Shown here: positions 1 through 7,345 of the stretch, piece by piece | Layout of the letters: each line of letters opens with the position of its first letter | Position numbering within the stretch: position 1 is the stretch's first letter | Source: Candidatus Scalinduaceae bacterium | GTDB lineage: Bacteria > Planctomycetota > Brocadiia > Brocadiales > Scalinduaceae | NCBI GenBank assembly: GCA_046759445.1 | Contig: JBHICG010000095.1 | Span: forward strand, 1-10,618 | Reading direction: 5' to 3' | Length of the DNA stretch: 10,618 nucleotides | The notes under the pieces: model-generated | Database searches by the model: none | The model's input: the letters and a program-made list of their open reading frames with translations, nothing else | What the model was told of the DNA's origin: nothing | Translations under genes and position numbers: made by a program

Positions 1-65
1 TATTTAATCATATAACTTACAAAACTAAGTTTTGCACTTATTAGTTGAAGTTACGAACTTTAACC

Positions 66-1043
66 ATGAAAAAAAGATTATTTAGCGGTATTCAACCAAG
101 CGGTGATGTTCATATCGGAAATTATCTGGGAGCGATTAAGAATTGGATTAAGCTACTGGATGATTACGACTGTATATTCTCAATAGTAGATTATCATGCT
201 ATAACGATTGAGTATGATCCTGCTCAGATACAACAGAGAATCATTAATGCGGCTGCCGTGAACATCGGGGCAGGCTTGGACCCAGAGCGCTGCATTATTT
301 TTGTGCAATCTCATGTTCCCGAACATACAGAATTGACATGGATATTAAATACTCTTACACCTATGGGGCATCTTGAGAGAATGACTCAATTTAAAGATAA
401 GGCCGGGCAGAATGAAAAAAATGTTAATGTTGGTTTATTTGATTATCCTGTGCTCCAAACAGCCGATATACTCCTGTATAAAGGTAGTGTTGTGCCGATC
501 GGCGAGGATCAGATTCAACATATTGAACTTTCACGCGAGATAGCAAGGAAGTTTAATATGAGATATGGGGAATTATTTCCAGAGCCGCAACATATTCTTT
601 CAAATGCGCCTAGAATTATGGGACTTGATGGCAAGACTAAGATGAGTAAAAGTATGAATAATTATATTTCTCTTATTGAAGAACCTGAGGTTATCTGGAA
701 AAAATTATCCAAGGCAGTGACTGATGAGAACAGAAAAAGAAGATATGATCCTGGAGACCCCAATGTCTGTAATATTTTCACCTTGCATAAATATTTTTCA
801 AGTAATTCTGAGATAGACAGGGTTAATAAAGAATGTAGGACTGCAGAGATAGGTTGTGTTGAATGTAAAAAGATTTTATTTGATAATATGGTTAGAGAAC
901 TGACACCAATTAGAGAGAAAAGTCTAGGCCTAATCAATAATCCTGACTACGTAATTGACGTACTCCATACAGGCGCTAAGAAATGTAAAAAGATAGCAGA
1001 AAAAACGATGGAGGAAGTAAGGTCACTGATGGGGTTGAGATAG
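66..1043 (+). CDS. trpS: Tryptophan--tRNA ligase (class Ic), Cys-motif type
   Basis: FSGIQPSG, HIGN, YPVLQTADIL, VPIGEDQ and KMSKS motifs. ATG at 66 is preferred over TTG at 45 because MKKRLFSG is the typical N-terminus. Confidence 0.97.
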   Translation: MKKRLFSGIQPSGDVHIGNYLGAIKNWIKLLDDYDCIFSIVDYHAITIEYDPAQIQQRIINAAAVNIGAGLDPERCIIFVQSHVPEHTELTWILNTLTPMGHLERMTQFKDKAGQNEKNVNVGLFDYPVLQTADILLYKGSVVPIGEDQIQHIELSREIARKFNMRYGELFPEPQHILSNAPRIMGLDGKTKMSKSMNNYISLIEEPEVIWKKLSKAVTDENRKRRYDPGDPNVCNIFTLHKYFSSNSEIDRVNKECRTAEIGCVECKKILFDNMVRELTPIREKSLGLINNPDYVIDVLHTGAKKCKKIAEKTMEEVRSLMGLR

Positions 1044-1051
1044 AGGGGTTA

Positions 1052-1685
1052 AGGGTCAGGTCTTGTTTCTTGATATTTCAGATTCTTTACTTATCAATCT
1101 GCTTATAGTTGAGTAATGCATTCCAAGATGATCAGCAACCTCTTTCTGACTATATCCATATTCATATACCACCTCAGCTATTTTTCTGTTTCTTTTTTGT
1201 ATTTGACGTAAAGATTTTTCATTAAATAACTCATTAAGGCTCGGCCGATTAATGTATCTCTGGTGCTTTGGAATCTCTTTTATATCCTTTCTCTCTATAA
1301 CATATTCAATTAACTTTTCCACAAAATCGGCTTCCCCAAGAATACTCTGACCCTTTACTTTAGACCATAACTTCTCCTCGCCTATGCCAGATATCACAAA
1401 CTCTCTATACTCCTTTTTTGCACGTTTTCTTTGTTCTCCAAATTGTGCGAGTATACAATCTGTAGTAAGGCTGTTGTGCGGCATCTCAAACCCTGCAGTA
1501 GCTTTATAGCTGCTCCATTTCCATTCTTCAGGATATTTTGTTGCTCTTGCCCTAACAGGATTCAATACTATATATCGACAAACGGCAAGAAGATGGTTTT
1601 CTTTCTGTATTAATATGGCTTTATATCTCCCCTGAAATATGTGACCATATAATCAGGATAATATCAATAATAAAGACCTGACCCT
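1052..1685. mobile_element. Internally deleted RAYT-like (Y1 HUH) element bounded by 26-bp imperfect inverted repeats
   Basis: 1052-1077 agggtcaggtcttgtttcttgatatt vs reverse complement of 1660-1685 agggtcaggtctttattattgatatt (23/26 identical). These enclose a transposase remnant. No target-site duplication is visible. Confidence 0.8.
1056..1652 (-). pseudogene. 5'-truncated REP-associated tyrosine transposase-like (Y1) protein with C-terminal HTH
   Basis: The frame extends upstream of the listed ORF: YGHIFQGRYKAILIQKENHLLAVCRYIVLNPVRA...WKWSSY (catalytic Tyr region), then a C-terminal HTH (YSQKEVADHLGMHYSTISR). The HUH-containing N-terminal half and the start are missing. The stop codon lies inside the left inverted repeat. 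Confidence 0.88.
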
Positions 1686-2077
1686 CCTGTGTGGAGCATG
1701 ACTAAAAGCGATAACTTTATTAACACGCACGAGCAATTTATTTTCAACTTGAGGCATTGGTGGGTATTTGTCGGTCTTTAGTGAATAGCCGTTCATCATG
1801 GCTATCTCCTCTACTTTTTCAACTCGGCCAAGCAGTTGATATCCCTTGTCTAATGGAACATCCCACACTACTAGTGATATTTTGCGGTTATTTTTCAGGT
1901 TAGCTAATGTGCCTGGACAAAACCAGGCAGCTACAGTTACTTGACATTCAGACGTTTGGCTTAGCTTGCCTGCAGTATAGCCACATGGGGCATCCCGGAG
2001 GAGTCAGCAGTTGCCACAAACACGTGCTCAAGCTTTTCTGCCAGCTCCACTGCTGTTTTTAGTGATTCTGGGTTCAT
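1686..2077 (-). pseudogene. Pyridoxamine 5'-phosphate oxidase-like FMN-binding split-barrel protein, frameshifted and 3'-disrupted
   Basis: ATG 2077 gives MNPESLKTAVELAEKLEHVFVATADSSGMPHVA. After a frameshift near 1975-1980 (premature TAA at 1963-1961) it continues TAGKLSQ...WFCPGTLANLKNNRKISLVVWD...GYQLLGRV...FSHAPH and runs into the inverted repeat at 1685. Confidence 0.78.
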
Positions 2078-2124
2078 TACTTATCTTCTCAAATGAGGTT
2101 TTCTGGAAGGTAATTTTATATGAA

Positions 2125-3819
2125 TTACATTAGTTTATATTTGGGACCACCATTCCCTTCAGGTACAGTCCATCTGATATTGTCAAATGGGCACTTTCTT
2201 TGACAGGTCTTACAGTGAACGCAATTTGAGGGATTAGCCGGACGGGTATCAATCCCAATTTTCTCATAGACCCCTGCAGGACAAAACGTTATGCACGCTC
2301 TATCAAAAAGAGAATCACATTGATTAATACAAGGACTGGAGTCTAATATACTTAGATGTGAAGGCTGTTCTTCCCTGTGTTCTGTGCCCGCTAATGCAAC
2401 AAAAGTAGACTTGTCAAATTCACCGGGAGTATCAAAGGTAAACTTCTTGGAGGTCATAGCTTTATAATCTTTTTCCATAGCAAACCTGGGAAGAAGATTG
2501 CCAACGATTGAGAGTGGAACACCTATTGTCTGGCCAAATCTTGCAACTATTGCACGGAAATTTCTGGCTGATTTCATCTCATCCATCACGAAATTACTTT
2601 CCAGCCTTCTGGTATATTCATCGGCAGCTTTCTCAGGGTTTTCCAGGCACTTAATTGCCGCATTGCCTGCGAGTGCCCCTGACTCTATAGCATTATGTAA
2701 TCCCTTTATTTTATTCATATTTACAAAGCCGGCACTGTCGCCAATTATCATTACATTCTTGTAGCCGACAGTATTTATTGTCTTTCCATCGGCACCTGAT
2801 GATAAGTAACGAGGTACAGCATAGTATCCACCTTCGGGGATCATCTTTACACCAGCTTCAATAATTTCTCCCCCATCAACGAATTGCCGGATAAAAGTAT
2901 GCTGTTTGAAATCCTCAAGTGCTTTTTGCGGATTAAAGTTATAATACTTCCAATCTGCCCCGGCGATTATGCCAATAGCAATTTCGTTATCGCCGCAACT
3001 ATACGCGAATCCACCACCAAAAATCGCAGGTCCAAATATTGGCAACCATAACGGAAACCCCATCGTATGCATAACACGATTGTCACCGAACGATTCATAC
3101 TTCTGTTTACTTACTCGAATGATTTCTTTAACGCCAACGGAAAACACTTGATCATTCTTACGTTTAAGACCAGCCTTTACGACAAAATCCTCTGTGACAA
3201 AACCATCCGTTCCTTCGGCAAGGATTATGATATCTGCCGTAATCGTCTCACCCTCAATGTAATTTGGTTGTGGATGTCCCTCTTTGTCAAGCCCCTGATC
3301 TACAAGCTTAACTCCATTAGCTTTTCTACTGTCCAGATCATATAAGATTTCCTTCACATCGAAGCCTGTATAAATTTCGATACCCAATGACAAGGCAATT
3401 TCACCCAGTAACCTTGTTAACTTGCTTATTGAAACTATTGAATTGCCATCATTACACATTTCACCAAATGATAATCCTAATTTCTTGCAAATCTTCATCA
3501 GGAATGAAATATTAACGGCAAGTTCTTTTCCCAGGAGGAATTGCACATCATCGTCTTTTACCTCCCTTTCCAGAATACTGTCTGCTCCTTTTATGGTACG
3601 CCAATCTGGTCTGGCTTCGTCAAGCAGGCGTTTTAACGAAGCAGTTTCCAAAACAGCGCCAGACAGGTTGTGATTCCCAACAGCCTCTCCTTTTTCCAGA
3701 ACCACAATGTCTGCATCTTTGTTTGCACTTCTGGCAGCAATTGCGGCAGCAAGACCAGCAGGCCCTGCGCCAACAACAAGTATTGAGATGTATGTATGAT
3801 TATTTTCCTTTATCACCAT
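2125..3819 (-). CDS. ETF:quinone oxidoreductase / FixC-FixX-like fusion (FAD plus Fe-S)
   Basis: N-terminal VVGAGPAGLAAA FAD motif, EKG...LSGAV, IPEGGY, GDSAGF...KGLHNAIESG. C-terminal CPAGVYE...NCVHCKTC...IRWTVPEGNGGPKY. Confidence 0.93.
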   Translation of the reverse strand: MVIKENNHTYISILVVGAGPAGLAAAIAARSANKDADIVVLEKGEAVGNHNLSGAVLETASLKRLLDEARPDWRTIKGADSILEREVKDDDVQFLLGKELAVNISFLMKICKKLGLSFGEMCNDGNSIVSISKLTRLLGEIALSLGIEIYTGFDVKEILYDLDSRKANGVKLVDQGLDKEGHPQPNYIEGETITADIIILAEGTDGFVTEDFVVKAGLKRKNDQVFSVGVKEIIRVSKQKYESFGDNRVMHTMGFPLWLPIFGPAIFGGGFAYSCGDNEIAIGIIAGADWKYYNFNPQKALEDFKQHTFIRQFVDGGEIIEAGVKMIPEGGYYAVPRYLSSGADGKTINTVGYKNVMIIGDSAGFVNMNKIKGLHNAIESGALAGNAAIKCLENPEKAADEYTRRLESNFVMDEMKSARNFRAIVARFGQTIGVPLSIVGNLLPRFAMEKDYKAMTSKKFTFDTPGEFDKSTFVALAGTEHREEQPSHLSILDSSPCINQCDSLFDRACITFCPAGVYEKIGIDTRPANPSNCVHCKTCQRKCPFDNIRWTVPEGNGGPKYKLM

Positions 3820-3870
3820 AATGATTAAAAATTGAAAATTAAGGTTTGATATCCTCTGATCATCTATATA

Positions 3871-5958
3871 TCAATGTTTTAAAGCTTCTATGATTTGCGG
3901 TACAATCTCTTCTGCGTTTCCAACCATGTAGTAATCTGAATGATTAAATATTGGTGCCTTTGGATCGGAATTTATTGCTACAATTATTCCAGCATTTTCA
4001 ATACCAATTAAGTGTTGAATAGCACCTGAAATTCCGAGAGCTATATACAGCTTGGGACTGACAGCGGTTCCTGTCTGACCAACCTGGTGGGTACGGTCAA
4101 TAAAGCCTTGTTCTACGGCTGCCCTGGAAGCCCCGAATTCAACCTGACAGTTAAGTTTTTTTCTCATTACTGAGGCCAAATCGCTTACAAGCTTATCATA
4201 ATTATCCCTGTTCCGAAGTCCCCTACCACCTGAAACTACTACATCAGCGTTAGCAAGATTTGCACTTCCACCACTCAATTCAGTACTTATAATATCAAAT
4301 CCAATGTCAGACTGATCTAAATTTACGCTGTGCTCTATGATATTACCCTTTCGGGAATGGTCAGGCTTAATTTTTTTCATGACACTAGGCCTTGCAGTGG
4401 CCATTTGTATTTCTGAATCCTTTGTAACAATTGTCGCCATTATGTTTCCACCCAACGCTGGACGAGTCTGCATTAATATTGCAACAGCACCTTTCCTTGA
4501 ATTATCCCTGATATCCAATTTGGTACAATCAGCAGTCAAACCACAAGAGAGGCGATAAGCAATCATGGGAGCCAGGACTCTCCCTTGTGGAGTAGCTCCA
4601 AACAAGACGATTTGTGGTTTATATCTCTTTATCACATCTGCAATAACCTTTCGATACGGTCCAGGCCTGAACTCTTCCAGTAGCGCATCCTCAATTACGT
4701 GAACATCGTCTGCACCAGCGGCAATAAGATCATTCGCCATATGTTTGCATTGGTGGTAACCCGCAATTACCGTACCTACCCTTACACCTAATGATTTCGC
4801 CAGGTGAGTGGCTTTTCCTAAAAGTTCACAAGTAACGTCATTCATCTTTTCACCATCACGTTCAGCAATTACCCAAACATCACCTGAATAACTCGTCTGT
4901 GTTATCTTATATCCTTCTAATATTTCCAGTATCATCTTTTTGGATAGTTTCTCCTGGAGATGTTCCTGAACCCTCTCAACAAGGGACTCATTCAGTTGGT
5001 CTACTTTGGTGATTCCCAGATTGGAAAGGGCTTGCGTAAGCTGTTTACATGCAGTAACTTCTTTATCAGTACATTCATAATCGCGCTCAAATATACCACC
5101 AGTCCTATCTGATGGAACTATATAATCTGCCTCTTCTCCTTCAAAAGCACCACTGGACCCACCTTTTTTATAGTTTGTCACCAGCTCTTTAACAAACTCA
5201 TCGATTTTATGAAAATGTATATTTTTCCTGGCACTCTTTGGTGGTGGAAAGACTCTTGTTACACGTGTCAAGGAACCATCATAACCAAACAATGTGGGCT
5301 TTATATCCTCAGCTGACCAATTAATTACTGCAAATTTGTTGGACCATCGTGAGCGCTGAAATGATGCAAACAATGGGTATTCATAATTAGCAACTGTTAC
5401 TACGCATGGTAGTGCATTAGGACTTACCCACTGGTTGCCACCGGCAACGATTTTCTCAATACGGAACCTACCCTCAACAAACTCAACCTCTGTCGCATAT
5501 GCGATACAGGGTATTTGCAACTCCTCAGCTATTTGTGCGGGTACCTGAGCAGTATCGCCATCAACCGATTGCATACCTGAAACCACAACATAATCATCAT
5601 TTCCATTGAATATATCTTTGACTATTTTCCTTATGGCGTATGCTAAAGGATTAGCAGTTGCAGGGGTATCTGCACCCCCTAATACCCTGTCTGTAAGGAG
5701 CACAGCATGATCAGCACATCGGCTCAACGAATATGTTAATACCTCTCTGGACTTTGGTGGCCCCATTGTCAGACAAATGATCTTACCCGGTGATAATTGT
5801 CTCATCTTGTTAGCAAATGCAAGTGCATCTGCATCAAGTTTGTTGATAACGCTGGGTAATACGCCACGTTTTAAGGTACCAGTTTCAGGATTGAAAGCGT
5901 TACCCGTAATTTGAGTTATGTCGGGAACCTGCTTAACAGTAACAATGTAGTTGCTCAT
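3871..5958 (-). CDS. Fused electron transfer flavoprotein beta-alpha (EtfB-EtfA, FixA-FixB-like)
   Basis: Beta motifs VKQVPD, TMGPP, GGADT, GMQSVDGDTAQV. Alpha motifs GLTADC, TRPALGGN, VVSGGRG, GASRAAV, QVGQTG, GISGAIQH, AINSDPKAPIF. ATG 5958 (GGGA upstream) is preferred over TTG 5970. Confidence 0.95.
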   Translation of the reverse strand: MSNYIVTVKQVPDITQITGNAFNPETGTLKRGVLPSVINKLDADALAFANKMRQLSPGKIICLTMGPPKSREVLTYSLSRCADHAVLLTDRVLGGADTPATANPLAYAIRKIVKDIFNGNDDYVVVSGMQSVDGDTAQVPAQIAEELQIPCIAYATEVEFVEGRFRIEKIVAGGNQWVSPNALPCVVTVANYEYPLFASFQRSRWSNKFAVINWSAEDIKPTLFGYDGSLTRVTRVFPPPKSARKNIHFHKIDEFVKELVTNYKKGGSSGAFEGEEADYIVPSDRTGGIFERDYECTDKEVTACKQLTQALSNLGITKVDQLNESLVERVQEHLQEKLSKKMILEILEGYKITQTSYSGDVWVIAERDGEKMNDVTCELLGKATHLAKSLGVRVGTVIAGYHQCKHMANDLIAAGADDVHVIEDALLEEFRPGPYRKVIADVIKRYKPQIVLFGATPQGRVLAPMIAYRLSCGLTADCTKLDIRDNSRKGAVAILMQTRPALGGNIMATIVTKDSEIQMATARPSVMKKIKPDHSRKGNIIEHSVNLDQSDIGFDIISTELSGGSANLANADVVVSGGRGLRNRDNYDKLVSDLASVMRKKLNCQVEFGASRAAVEQGFIDRTHQVGQTGTAVSPKLYIALGISGAIQHLIGIENAGIIVAINSDPKAPIFNHSDYYMVGNAEEIVPQIIEALKH

Positions 5959-6207
5959 TTTACATCCCAATAAATTGTAGCGGAGTATTGATTTTTAAAA
6001 CTATATTTAAAATAACGGTCACCTCCTCACAGATTGTGCCGCAATTCGGTTTTGAAAAATAATAGATACTCTTTAATAGCAGAAGATAGTCAACAACCCA
6101 ATTTATTCCATAACTATCTGGACGACTCTTCCATATTACAGATGTTGGAACACTAATATCAAGATAATTTCTCTCCCAGCTTGAGCTTCATTTTCATTAT
6201 TAATTTT

Positions 6208-6235
6208 GAGGGTCAAACCTGACCTATTGACAAAT
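6208..6235 (+). repeat. Possible solo GGGTCA-type element end
   Basis: gagggtcaaacctgacctattgacaaat shares the AGGGTCA core with the other ends and contains a ggtca-aacc-tgacc mini hairpin. No partner is seen. Confidence 0.4.
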
Positions 6236-6482
6236 GCTTCAATTCATCATGACCATTTTTGATAGAACAATTCTTATAATACAATCAATCCTTATTTTAA
6301 AAAGAGAAAAAGGAAATGTTGGAAAAAAGGGGCCCGCCACACTAATCGTCGGGCAGGCAGCGACCGTTAAAAAAGGATTCTCGATGATCAGTGATTAACG
6401 GTTAATAAAAATAACCCCTTATTATTACCTTAAGTTTCACATTTCAAGCATAATCAATTGGCAAATCTGATTTAAAAAAAAC

Positions 6483-6510
6483 TTGCCTGAACTCCTCCTG
6501 AGTTTATAAT
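6483..6510 (+). promoter_or_regulatory. Putative sigma70-type promoter
   Basis: TTGCCT (6483-6488), 16-nt spacer, TATAAT (6505-6510), with an A-tract upstream. It is followed by GAGG (6557-6560) and ATG 6569. Confidence 0.5.
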
Positions 6511-6568
6511 CACTGTCTTTATAATTTTTAATATGGTAGTTTAATTATTCAGACTTGAGGTTATAAAT

Positions 6569-6736
6569 ATGAGAAAATTCTTGTTGTTAAATATCTTAAT
6601 TATGTCATTTGTCCTTATTCCCATTATGCTTCGTCTCTTCTTCAAATACGACAGAAAACTCCTGACAAAGTTATGCCAGTGTGCGTATGATAGCCTGCTT
6701 ATATTTTTGTGCTTATATTTTTGCGGAACACGATAG
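6569..6736 (+). pseudogene. 55-aa chimeric ORF: signal-peptide-like stump fused in frame to an IS91-like transposase fragment
   Basis: MRKFLLLNILIMSFVL followed by IPIMLRLFFKYDRKLLTKLCQCAYDSLLIFLCLYFCGTR*. RBS-like GAGG lies 8 nt before the ATG. Confidence 0.5.
6696..6723 (+). repeat. Perfect 14-bp tandem duplication (tgcttatatttttg x2)
   Basis: 6696-6709 is identical to 6710-6723 and causes the frameshift in the transposase remnant. Confidence 0.95.
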
Positions 6737-6959
6737 GTCTGAATGATGGAAGGCCTGACGCAGTAATGACCATACATACATTTGGAAACTATGCAGAAAA
6801 ATTTCATCCACATATTCATGCTATTGTTTTATTACGGACTTTATTGTGGTTAGACAGATCCTTGAACATCTTGATCTTTGGGAGCAAAAGCCTTCCAGAG
6901 ACCCACCAAAACAAGAACCTTCCCATGAAAACAATGAATTAGTCTATGAACCTTTTGAT

Positions 6960-6988
6960 GACCTGTCTGCGTGCAACGCACAGGCAGA
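6960..6988. repeat. REP-like short imperfect palindrome flanked by GA dinucleotides
   Basis: GA-cctgtctgcgtgcaacgcacaggca-GA. tgcgt/acgca and ctgtctg/caggcag can pair. It is a GC-rich patch in an AT-rich context. Confidence 0.6.
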
Positions 6989-7345
6989 TGCTTGGTCTAG
7001 GTATGATGAAGACTCCTATATTGTGTCAAATTAAGCATTTTTAATTTGCGAATGTCAGGAGATACCAGGAGAGGACTGTCTAATTTCTTCCCAATCACTA
7101 CTGCAAATTCGCAATTTACATTCATACTGAAACAAGTTCAGCACAAGCATTGACAAATCTATCACTTTTCTACATCTCTTGCACCTGTTTTTAACAATAA
7201 TGCTGATTTTAATATAATGTCTTCTCAGAAAAATCTTGAATTTTGATAATTATTAATCTATCCTTGCAGTGTAAAAAAAGCGATTCCATATCATACTTAT
7301 AGCACAACGTGTTATAACAATATAGATAGAAATTAGGAGATTATT

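Larger units (their letters stand above)
6617..7034 (+). pseudogene. IS91-family (Y2 HUH) transposase remnant in three pieces
   Basis: Piece 1 IPIMLRLFFKYDRKLLTKLCQCAY. Piece 2 AVMTIHTFG...FHPHIHAIV (HUH). Piece 3 FITDFIVVRQILEHLDLWE...RDPP (C-terminus). Broken by a 14-bp duplication and a large deletion near 6827. Confidence 0.8.

Noticed and set aside
1348..1361. 14-mer tgaccctttacttt shared with 9100-9113
   Set aside because: It encodes KVKGQ inside the transposase, and one 14-nt match in an AT-rich 10-kb window is within chance expectation.
1653..1868. 71-aa ORF as a standalone gene
   Set aside because: It is the 3' part of the frameshifted PNPOx-like gene reading through into the element end.
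662..4558. Short antisense ORFs 662-937, 1431-1613, 2498-2764, 2969-3151, 3067-3345, 3422-3673, 4337-4558
   Set aside because: They lie opposite well-supported genes and have no recognisable motifs, so they are treated as shadow ORFs.
5960..6190. Open minus-strand frame (...NYLDISVPTSVIWKSRPDSYGINWVVDYLLL...) upstream of etf
   Set aside because: No start codon or RBS and no recognisable family. It could be a remnant but cannot be supported.
6541..6819. 92-aa minus-strand ORF
   Set aside because: Antisense to the IS91-like remnant, which has clear motifs on the plus strand.
7046..7114. ttgcgaat/attcgcaa inverted pair
   Set aside because: Only 8 bp with a long spacer. It may belong to the IS91-like end, but is not supportable as a separate feature.
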